Assembly (NCBI GenBank): GCA_043228905.1
Contig: JBHGNT010000022.1
Span: forward strand, 62,001 to 126,000
Origin: Azolla caroliniana
Lineage: Eukaryota; Plantae; Polypodiophyta
Reading direction: 5' to 3'
Length of the DNA stretch: 64,000 nt
The notes beneath the pieces are model-generated. The model made no database searches. It was not told the origin of the DNA and saw only the letters and a program-made list of their open reading frames with translations. Shown one piece after another: positions 1 through 11,239 of the stretch (within the stretch, counting starts at the first letter, position 1; each line of letters opens with the position of its first letter). The translations under genes were made by a program, and so were the position numbers.

Positions 1-1951
1 TGGATAGGCGGCCGAACAATGATGGCCGGAGACGGAGATAGAGATGCAGACGCGGACGGGAAGACAATGACGACATCCAGATGGCGACGACGCAAGACAC
101 CGACAACTGGAGGAAGGCCGAAACCGTGACAAAGATGGAAGGCCAAAAGAGGCAACAGAAATTGACGACGGCCGGAGTGGAAGGACAACAGAGTCGAAAA
201 CGACCGGAATGATGGATGACGACAGATCGTCGGCCAGAGCAGCAGCGGTCGGGCGCATAACCAGAAACAGCAAGTAAGAACGGCGGGATGGACTAAAACA
301 GACCGGACCAGACAAACAAATGAACCGGAAGATGAATGACAGTGCTAGACAGAGACAGCGAAACTGGTGGCTGGAGACGGAGAAGAAAACGGAAATGGTG
401 GCGGGAGTCAGACAGAGCCGGCAGGACGACGAAGATGTCTGACGATAACGACCAAACAACGGCCGGACAACGGACAACAACAGCTAGGAGATGGCCAAAG
501 TGACGGAGAGGCAACCGAAAGGGCTGGACAGAGACATTGGACGAATAGAAGGGTGAACAGCGGCCGGATCGACGGCCGGAATAGAGATAGGCCGGATAGG
601 GCTAATAAAGACGATGACGCCGCACAGTGGCCGCACAGAAACGGTTGCAGAGGCAGAGACAGACGGCGACTGGCGCCGAGGGATGGATACTATGGAGCTT
701 CAGAAGGAGAGGAAGCAAAAACAGGCATAGAACGAGGAGAAATAGTGCAAAAGGAAGAAAAAAGAATGAAGGAGAAGAAAGGATGGAGCAGCACAAACAG
801 AGAAGAAGAGAAAGAAAGAGAGGAAAAATGGAAGAAGTCATGGAAGACATGGAGAGACGGAGAAGAAAGACAAAAAAAGAAGAAGAAAGAGAGAAAAAGA
901 AGAGAAAGAAGAAAATCGAAGAAGAGAAAGGCATACAGAGACAGACGTGAGCACGAGAGAGACAGAGATACAAGAGCAAGAAGAAGAAATAAAGAGAAAA
1001 ACCTAGAATAAAATTGAAAACAGAGAGAAAAAGAAGAAAAAAAAGGGGGGGGCATGTAACAAATATTGAAACCTTGAGGGTGCTGAATGAAATTGTGAAA
1101 CCTCAAGGGTACATATCAAAATTTTAAAAAATAAGAGGGCACCACTAGAATTTTGAAAATCCCCAAGACTACTCACACACACTCAAAACAAAGGAAGAAC
1201 ACACATACATACGACATGATTTTGGACCCATGACGAAGTTCGTAAGCCGAAAAAACGAGAATGTTTGTGTCGCGGACGATTTGCTGACCGACAAAGATGT
1301 TCGAGTCAAGCATTCCGATCGAGGTAGTCGATCGTTGAAAGGACCGATGGAAGTTCCGGTCGAAGAAATATCATCATCAAGGCATGTGGGATCGACGTGC
1401 AAGGCACTTTCCCACGGGCGTGCCATATTGTGTTACCCCGTACGAGATGTACGGAGAGTCAATGTGATGAGCGAGGGTAAAATGTTATCATGATGATTGT
1501 TGTGTGTTTGTAGGGGGCATAAATGTAATCGTGAGTCGATACGTATGTGAACACATGCACACGTGTGTGCATGTGGATGGATACGAGGAGGTATGAGTGA
1601 GTGTCCAGTATGAATGCTCTAGGGGGCTTACACCCCTTTGTATCTACCCCCTCTTGTACTATTTAACCCCCTTATGGGGAATGAATGATGAATAACCATT
1701 TCTCTCTCTCTCAATCTCTCTCTTGTCATCTCTCTCTTCTATCTCCCCTTAACGTTGAACCCCCTTGGGAGGGGGGTGGAGCCATTCTAGGCACCACCCC
1801 CCACCCCGTAATGCTTCTCAATCACTTGTCAACATCTTCATCTCAATCTCTCTCACCATCATACTCTCCACCATCTTCACTATTCCACCATTTCTATCTT
1901 CGTCATCGATAATCATCATTACCATTAACCCTAACCCTAAAACCTATAACA
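1..1951 (+). mobile_element. 3' part of LTR element X (Arg-PBS group): purine-rich internal region plus LTR 1431-1951
   Basis: LTR runs TGTTACC...ATAACA and shares AACCCCCTT..GGAGGGGGG..AGCCATTCTAGGC..CACCCCCCACCCC and TATA/CCCCTTATGGGG blocks with the LTRs at 34237 and 35149. The ~350 bp before it aligns with 34750-35148. Copia integrase sequence resumes at 1952. Confidence 0.7.
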
Positions 1952-4900
1952 TCGTAGATTCAGCTTCCTTCCGAAATATAGCTCATGTGCCGACACTTTG
2001 TCTCCGATCCGATTTTGGATGTAGACCGCGGTTCATACTGCTTCTGCCCAATAGAACTTGGGGAAGGTCTTTTCTTCCAGCATTGCCCACGCCGCTTCCA
2101 CAACCGACCGATTTTTCCTTTCGTCTACACCGTTTTGCTCCAGCGTATACTTGGAACTGAATTCGTGTTGAATTCCCATTTGTTGCAGATAACTGTTGAA
2201 TTGGTTAGAAAAGTACTCTTTTCCGCCATCCGACCACAGACACATGATCTTTCTCCCTGTTTCCCTTTCTATGAAGCTTTTGAGGTCCCGGAAACAGTCG
2301 AAGACTTCACTCTTCTTTTCAATGAGATAGATCCATTTGTGCCGCGAGTAGTCGTCAATGAAGGAGACAAAATATCGACTCCCGCCAAGACTAATGTTTT
2401 GTGTTGACCCCCATACATCAAAATGTATCAAGTCGAGCTTGTTCCGGCTCCGGTTACGCTCGTTCGGGAAAGGAAGTTGGTGTTGCTTCCCTAGCTGGCA
2501 GGCTTCACAAATTTGGGCCTTCCGGCCACTAAATTTGGGCAATCCGAACGCAACTTGTTTCGATTGCAAGTCTTGAAGCCTTTGATAGTTGACGTGGCCT
2601 TTCCGCTTGTTCCACAAGTCGATGTCCGACTTGACTTTTTGTCCTTTTGCGAACATTGCGGTGCCAACGTCATTGGTGTCGAGGATAAACATCCTCCCAT
2701 CTCTACGCCCTTGCCCAATAATGTTGAGAAACAAGCTCAACATTTGTGCGTAATACGATGCGTAACCAGTGTGTAGACTGGGTGCATAAAACCGGTACGC
2801 AGACCGATGCGTAGAAAGGCCGTATCGGTGCGTAGACCGAAAGGCCGTTAGAAAGATATTCCTCGTAAGGAATAGTTTTGGGAGTAAGTGTCGAGGCTTA
2901 TTTATGAGCAGTCAAGTACTGTCAGTACTTGTGTCAGCCATTGTCAGGGCTTGTATAAAAGTGCTCACTGAGCACTTCCTATGTACAGATTGAGTATTAT
3001 TTTCGAATTTAAGTTCTTGTGTTACTCTCTCTCTCTCTGTCCTGTGCGTACTGTGAAAACCTAAGCTTTCCATTAAACCTGCGTTTCCTACTGTTCGGTT
3101 TTCCTATATTGCTTCCGCACGCCATTCTTTTCAAATAACTTGGCCTTCCTCCTCGATGAAGCACCCGAGATGCGTGAACCGGACTTGCATCCCCTAGTCA
3201 TCGATTTGCCTGACCGACACCAGATTCTTCGTGATTCTCGGGACGTGTAACACGTTCATGAGTTTCCCTTTTTGCCCGACATGGCTCAGGGGAACTTCAC
3301 CGACATTCTTGATCAGATGCGGAGTGTCATCTCCTGTTGCGACTACTCCTGGTTGCATCGGTTTCTCAAGGTATGAAAACCACTCCTTATGGCTCGTCAT
3401 GTGGTTTGACACGTCGGAGTCAACGTACCACACCTCGTCCAATTTTGGGGTGGTCTTCTTAATCGAGTTCGCTTCGTGTCTCGTCACGAAGGTTGCCCCC
3501 TTTCCGACTTTTTCGGATCCTTCGGGGTAGTGCGATCGCTGTCGATTTCCTTTGTCGGTTTTTCTGGATCCAGATCCGGTTTTCTCCGAATCGACGCGCT
3601 TCTTCCAACAATCGCTCTCCTTGTGGCCTTTCTTGCCATAGTACTAGCATTCTGTGACGGATTTCCCTTGCCGGTTCTCGTCACCTCCACTCCCCCTGTT
3701 TCCGGAGGGTCCGGAATTGCTGTCGGCATCACTTCAGTGCCTTCTTCCTTGATCCCGTCAGCCGCCTCCATTGCACACCGTCCTCGTCTGCCACGACCAC
3801 GGGGCCTATCTCCCTCTGTGTACAACATCTTGCTATCGGTGTGCATACTAGTCGATGCACCCACGTGGTTCTCCACGATGCACCCACGTGGTACAACATC
3901 TTGCTATCGGTGTGCATACTAGTCGCATTGATTGTAGGTCGAAAAATGACGGCATATTCTCCCGTGAGCACACAATAGTTCGAAACGCTCTGAACTTCGA
4001 CACCAATCCCCCAAGATAGATCTACACCATTTCGCCTTCCTCGACGTTCACATCGATGGAGGCTAAGGAGTCGCATATATCTTTGATCTTTGAGGTGTAA
4101 TCAGCCACAGACAAATCGCGTTGTCGCAAGTTGCTCAACTTCTATCGGAGTTGGAGCTTTCTAGTTGTGGTGCTTGCGGTGAAAATCTTTTTCTGATTTC
4201 CCCAAGCATCCTTTGGCGTTTTCGCATCCCGAATATAGCTCAGAAGCTATTCGCCCACACAAGACACGAAGCAGTAGAGAACTCTGCTCGCCGATTGTTC
4301 CCAAGTTGGGAAGTCTCTGTGTGTCGAAACAGGTGTTGTGTCATTTGCTCCGTTAACATAGCTCCAATATCCATGCCCGAGTAGGTACTGGTGCATCTTG
4401 TACTACCAAGACCCGTAATTGTTTTTGTCGAGCTTCTCGGTCGGAAGCGACCTAACCATGCGTCTATCCATTCTGTTTTTCCTGTTATTTACGAAGGTTA
4501 GGATTTCTTCTCGAGCTAAGGTCGACTGTAGAGGTTCTCAACCCTCACGCTCTAATACCATGTAAAAAGAACAACGTGCAGAGGCAACAGAAAACCGAAC
4601 AAGAAAAAACACAGGTTTAATGGAAAGATTGGACACACACAATACGCGGGAGAGACAGAGAGAGAGAGGGAGAGAGAGTCAATACACACAACTCTCTTCA
4701 AAATAATAATACTCAGTTTGTACATAGGATGTGCTCAGTGAGCACTTTTATACCAGTCCATACGGACTGATAGAAGTAGTGACACGTACTTCAATGCTCA
4801 TAAATGAGCTCTACGCTAACTCCCAAAATATATTCCTGCACAGAATATCTTTCCAATGGCCTCACGGTTTACACAACGCTACGACTTCTTGTTGCGCACC

Positions 4901-5022
4901 GGTTTGCGCACCAGTTTACGCACCTAGTTTACGCAGCGGTCCGGCCTAACCAATCAGTCCCAACCGATTTGGTTCTTGGCTTGCACAGCCGATCTGGCCA
5001 ATGTTGAGCTTGTATCTCAACA
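1952..5022 (-). mobile_element. Ty1/copia family A copy A1 (5' LTR 4561-5022, iMet PBS, decayed gag-protease-integrase), interrupted by X and a solo LTR
   Basis: Minus-strand TGGTATTAGAGC PBS at 4549-4560. ORF fragments WYVDSDVSNHMT (protease), CEACQLGKQ and FIDDYSR...EQNG (integrase) are colinear with ORF 6161-8527. Confidence 0.93.
2722..3133 (+). mobile_element. Solo LTR, copia family A
   Basis: TGTTGAGAAACAAGCTCAAC...TTTTCA with perfect TSD AATAA (2717-2721, 3134-3138). The host reading frame resumes across it. Confidence 0.92.
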
Positions 5023-6160
5023 CCTAATCTCATATGAGTATAAATATGACTTAGGGCAATCACTTTACTAACATTGTTGTCATATTTTTGTATGTGTTGG
5101 TATTGGTGGTCTTCTTGGCGCATATCACGGATGGGTCAGTGACTGGCACGTTCAAGCAATTGAAGGAATATCATTGCTCACATCGGATACTTCTTGCATG
5201 CATTAAGCCATGCGAAGAATGAATGAGGTTGAATCTTCGGCGTTGTTTCTATTTGACCCGAAACAGATTGATCTAGCCACGAGCAGGTTGAATCGAGCTC
5301 TCCCACCTTTTGAGCCATTCCTTCCATTTCTGTTTATAATTGTTGTATAGAGAGAGAGAGAGAGAGATACAAAGCGATACTCTATTGTAACCGCAAGCTG
5401 GAGAAGATACAGAGCTCGAGGTCATTTCCTTTGAGTCTCTGTGGGCTCCCGTGGTTTTTCACTATTAGGGTTTTCCATGTAAACATCTTGTGCATGCTGT
5501 TGAGAGACAAGCTCAACATCGGCCGGATCGGCTGAAGAAGCCGAGGACCGGATCGGTTGGGACCGATCGGTTAGGCCGAATGCATAAACCGGTACGCAGA
5601 CCGGTGCATAGGTAGGGCCGGATCGGTGCGTAAACCGGGAGGCCGTTAGGAAAGATATTCTGTGAGGAATATATTTGGGAGTTAGTGTAGGAGCTCTTAA
5701 TGAGCATTGAAGTACTGTTAGTACTTCTGTCAGTCCTTCTCGGACTTGTATAAAAGTGTTCATTGAACACACATATGTATAGAGTGTGGTGAATAGAGAT
5801 TGTGTACCTTTTTTTGAATACAATTCTTGTTTTCCTCTCTCACTCTCTCTATCTGTCCCGCGTATACTGCGTAAGCTCAAGCTCTCCATTAAACCTGAGT
5901 TTTCTTCCATTAAAAGTGCTCACTGAGCACGTCTTATGTACAGAGATTGAGTATTATTGTGAAATATAGTTTTTTGTGTTCTCTCTCTCTGTCTCTCCCG
6001 CGTATACCGTGTAAGCCTATGCTCTCCATTAAACCTGTGTTTCCTTCCTATGTTCTGTCTTCATACTTGCTTCCGCACGTTACGTTTTACATGGTATCAG
6101 AGCGCGAGGGTTGAGAACCTCTCTGCAGCCGACACAACTTGATGAAGAAGAACAAGAAGA

Positions 6161-9100
6161 ATGATGGATAGAGGCATGGCGAGCTCGCTTCCAACAGAGA
6201 AGCTCGACAGAACCAACTACGCGTCTTGGTCCTACAAGATGCACCAGTACCTGCTCGGGAACGGCTACTGGAGTTATGTCGAAGGAGCTAATGACGCAGC
6301 ACCCGAATCGACACACAGAGACTTCCCGTCGTGGGAGCAATCGGCGAGCAGGGTATTATACTGCTTCGCGTCGTGTGTGGGCGAACAACTATTGAGCTAT
6401 GTTCGGGATGCAAAGACGTCGAAGGGTGCGTGGGAAAATCTGAAGAAGATTTTCGCCGCGAGCACCACAGCCAGGAAGCTTCAGCTCCGACAGGAGTTGA
6501 GCAACCTACGACAACGCGACTTATCGGTGGCAGACTATACCTCGAAGATCAAGGATATCTGTGACTCCCTCACCTCCATAGAGGTGAACATCGAGGAGAG
6601 CGAGATGGTCCAGATCTGTCTCGGAGGTTTGGCGTCGAAGTTCGGAGCGTTCCGAACGGCTGTGTGTACCCGGGAGAATACGTCGTCCTTTTTCGACTTA
6701 CAGTCGATGCTCCTGGTAGAGGAGAACCATGCGGGTGCGTCGACGAGCACGCACACCGACAACAAGATGTTGTACACGGAGGGAGAAAGGCCTCGTGGTC
6801 GTGGCGGACGAGGCGAGTCGGTACACAATGGAAGCGGCCGACGAGATCAAGGAAGAAGGTACCGAAGTGATGTCGACAGCAACTCCGGACCCTCCGGAAA
6901 TAGGGGAAGTCGAAGCGATGAGAACCGGCAAGGGAAGGCCATCGCGGAGTGCTGGTACTGTGGAAAGAAAGGCCACAAGGAAAGTGAGTGCTGGAAGAAG
7001 CGCGCCGATTCCGAGAGAACCGGTTCCGGAAACGGCTCCGGACATACTGACAAGGGAAATCGGCAGCAATCGCACTACGCCGAAGACTCTGGGAGAGCCG
7101 GAGAAGGGTCTACCTTCGTGACGAGACACGAAGAAAACTCAATGAAACGGACCACCCCGAGATCGGACGAGGTGTGGTACGTAGACTCCGGCGCGTCAAA
7201 CCACATGACGAACCATAAGGAGTGGTTCTCATACCTTGAAAAACCGATACAACCTGGAGTAGTTGCAACTAGAGACGACACTCCGCATCCGATCACGAAT
7301 GTCAGAGAAGTTCCCCTTAGCCATGTCGGGCAGAAAGGGAAACTCATGAACGTGTTGCACGTTCCGACAATCACGAAGAACTTGGTCTCGGTCGGACAAA
7401 TCATCGACCAAGGGATGGAGGTTCAGTTTACACACCTCAGGTGCTTCATTGAGGAAGAAGGCCGTGTGATTGCACAAGGGCGCAAAGACGGGAGGATGTT
7501 CATCCTCGACTCCACTGACGGCGGCACCGCAATGTTCGCGAAGGGACAAAAATCCGAGTTAGACATCGACTTGTGGCACAAGCGGATAGGCCACATCAAC
7601 TACCAGCAGCTTCAAGATCTGCAATCGAAACAGGTAGTGTTCGGATTGCCCAAATTTAGTGGCCGAAAGGCACAAATTTGTGAAGCCTGCCACCTCGGGA
7701 AGCAACACCAACTTCCTTTCCCCAACGAGCGAAACCGGAGACGTAACAAGCTCGGCCTTATAGACTCTGATGTATGGGGGCCGGCACAAAACGTTAGTCT
7801 TGGCGGGAGCAGATATTTCGTCTCCTTCATCGACGACCACACGCGGCACACGTGGATCTACCTCATTGAGAGGAAGAGCGAAGTCTTCGACTGTTTCCGG
7901 GACCTCAAAGGGTTCGTGGAAACGGAAACGGGACGAAAGATCAAGTGTCTGCGGTCGGATGGCGGGAAAGAGTACTTTTCTGGTCAATTCAACGGTTACC
8001 TACAACAAATGGGAATTCGGTGCGAATTCAGCTGTAGATACACGCCGGAGCAGAACGGCGTGGCCAAGAGGAAGAATCAGTCAGTTGTGGAAGCGGCACG
8101 AGCAATGCTGGAGGAGAAGAGCTTGCCCAAGTTCTACTGGGCCGAGGCGGTAAGGACCGCGGTATATATCCAAAACTGGATCGGAGACAAAGTGTCGGCG
8201 CACGAGCTATATTTCGGAACGAAGCCGAACTTGCGACACTTGAGGGTGTTCAGTAGCATTGCGTATGTGCATGTACCGAAGGAGAAAAGGAGGAAGCTGG
8301 ACGCAAAGGCCGAGAAATGCATCTTGGTCGGTTACTCGGACGAGCAGAAGGGTTATAAGTGTTATAACCCTCGCACCAAACAAGCGCGTGTTAGCCGTGA
8401 CGTTGTGTTTGACGGGTCTGCATCCTGGTACCAGCCCCCGACTCCAATCCGAGTTCTGACGATGAGGTCAGCGAGGCCGAGATGCCTCCGAATGAGCCCG
8501 AAATCGAGACCCGCGAAGACAGTCTGATTTCACTCCGTCTAAGTGGACCGATTGGACGACTGAGTCGGCACGATCAGTCCGATGAAGAGCCGGCGAGAAG
8601 TGGAGACTCAGTCGTGCATTCCCCGCGCAGGAAGTCGAGGAGACGGCTTACGCGCAAAGAGAAAGGGAAGAAGAAGGTGTCGGATTCCGGCACGGATAGG
8701 AACGAGTCAGACCGACGCGAGTCCGACTTCGAGGGAAGCGGTGACGGACCTTCAGGAACGAAGTCCGCGTCGGCCGAGAAAACCTCGACATCGGCAAATG
8801 ACCGATTGCGCTGATCTACCCAACAAAAGAACCCAGTTGTGCGGTTCGGATACAACGAGTACATGGCACATCATTATGCATACATGACCCGTGTAGCGGA
8901 AGTGCGTGAGCCGGAGAGCTACGCAGAAGCGGCTAAAGACGCGACCTGGCATGCCGCGATGGAGGAAGAGATGCATGCGTTGGCGGAAAACGAGACCTGG
9001 GACCAGGTTGACGCACCGAAGGGTGTGAAGCCGATCGAGTGTAGGTGGGTGTACAAGGTCAAGTACAACACCGATGGCTCGGTCAACCGGTACAAGGCTC

Positions 9101-10989
9101 GGCTAGTGGCAAAGGGCTATGCGCAGAAACACGACATCGACTACGACGAGACGTTTGTGCCGGTCGCGAAAATGACGACCGTCCGTGTTTTGCTCGCAGT
9201 AGCTGCGGTGAAGGGGTGGCACCTACATCAGATGGATGTAAAGAATGTGTTCCTGCGAGGTGACCTTGAGGAACAGGTGTACATGGTACAACCCCCCGGA
9301 TTTCACTCTGGAATGAACTCCTCGGCAGTATGCCGACTGAAGAAGTTCCTTTACGGACTGAAGCAAGCCACGCGTGCCTGGAACGCAAAGATCACGCAAC
9401 AACTGCATCGGATGGGCTTCGTCACGTCAAAATCGGACTCTTCCTTGTTCATCCGGAAAGGTCGACTCGGACCGGTTAGTATTTTACTATATGTTGATGA
9501 TTTGGTCATCACCGGCGCCGACCTAGGTGAAATCGACCGCGTGAAGCTCCAGCTTGCGGCATTGTTCGACATGAAGGATCTGGGGGACCTTCATTACTTC
9601 CTCGGGATCGAAGTGATCCGCACCCCCAAAGGCATACTAATCAGCCAACGTCATTACGCTCTGAATATGCTCTTCAAATTCAGGATGGCCGACTGTAAGT
9701 CCGTCTCGACTCCTCTGGATAGAACCGTCAAGCTTCGTCCCGAGACGGGAAAGGTATGCGACCCAACGAGGTTCCGACAAATTGTCGGAAGCCTCATATA
9801 CTTGACCATCACCCGACCCATCCTCAGTTATCCGAGCGGAGTGATTAGTCAGTTCATGGCGTGACCTACCGAGCACCTCCAGTGTGCGCAACGCATACTT
9901 CCGTATGTCAACGGCACTAAGGACCAGGGACTGCTATATCGAACCGGTGCAGCCGTGCAGTTAGTCGGCTACACCGATGCTGATTGGGCTGGCAACGCCG
10001 CCGATCGCCGATCCACATCCAGATACGCGTTCTCCCTCGGGAGTGCCGCGATCGCGTGGAGAAGTAAGAAGCAGCCGACAGTTGCACTGTCGAGCACCGA
10101 AGCTGAGTACCAAGGAAAGGTTGTCGCGACATGCGAAGCCATATCGTTGAAGCGGCTACTTAGGGACCTGCAAGAGGAGGTGTCAGATCCGACGACGATC
10201 TACTGCGACAACCTCAGCAGCATCCAGCTCGCGAAAAACCCCGTTTTCCACACATGGACCAAGCACATTGAGGTGCACTACCATTTTGTCCGTGAGCGTG
10301 TCCTTTCCGGTGAAGTCGAACTTCAGTACGTTCCGACGGATCGGCAGACTGCCGACATCTTCACCAAGCCTCTTGGTATGGACAAGTTGCGGCAATTCTC
10401 AGGTGCGCTCGGATTGCGTCACCTCGACGTGCCAAACTTGAGGGGGAGACCAGTCCTGAACGACCAAGCAAGGCAGCAGGAAAGGAGCGGAGACCGCGAC
10501 ACCCAGTCGGTTGACTCGGTTGTCGAGTTCGACTTCGGATCCGGATCGGCTGAAGAAGCCGAGGGCGGACCCGTGGAAAAGTCCGGAAGCGGACAGAAGG
10601 GGAACAGCTGAAGGAGAGAGCTGAAGGCAACCACGCATAGGGAAGATGACGTCGTCGAGGGCGAGAAGACTGAAGACAAGTTGGAGACAGCCAACTCGGA
10701 CGAGAGCGAAAACCAATCGGAGGTAGCCGAGTCGGTTCGGATGTATGATTCAGATACACTGAATCAACTGAGGGCCAAGCGGAAAAGAAGCCAGCAGGAG
10801 AAGCGCCAACACCGCGACAACAAGGGACCTGCGAAGGGCCATGGGAACAGACAAGCCGGCCAGAAGGGTCGAAGCGCGCGGAGTTGAACAGGTCAAGGAG
10901 CGCGAGCGAGGCGTGGAGCTAGGAGAAGCCAGAGCGTAGGTCCGGCAGAACAAGCGGAACCTCAAGTTGAGCTTGAAGGGGAGTGTTGA
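6161..10989 (+). pseudogene. Copia A2 gag-pol (gag, CCHC knuckle, protease, integrase, RT, RNase H, charged tail) with a few lesions
   Basis: CWYCGKKGHKESEC, WYVDSGASNHM, FIDD/SDGGKEY/EQNG, LLYVDD, YTDADWAG, QTADIFTK. Frameshift near 8435, stop at 8812, stop plus frameshift near 9862. Confidence 0.95.
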
Positions 10990-11239
10990 AAGACAAGCTC
11001 AACATCGGCCGGATCGGCTGAAGAAGCCGAGGACCGGATCGGTTGGGACCGATCGGTTAGGCCGAATGCGTAAACCGGTACACAAACCGGTGCGTAGGTA
11101 GGTCCGGATCGGTGTGTAAACCGGGAGGCCGTTAGGAAAGATATTCCGTGAGGAATATATTTGGGAGTTAGTGTAGGAGCTCTTAATGAGCATTGAAGTA
11201 CTGTTAGTACTTCTGTCAGTCCTTCTCGGACTTGTATAA

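Noticed and set aside
367-1011. 214-aa R/K/E-rich ORF and overlapping ORFs
   Set aside because: By-product of purine-rich low-complexity sequence that is open in several frames, with no domain motifs.
1926-1945. TAACCCTAACCCTAA telomere-like repeats (also 26640-26690 and 48659-48675)
   Set aside because: Only 1-2 units, consistent with telo-box-like motifs rather than an interstitial telomere.
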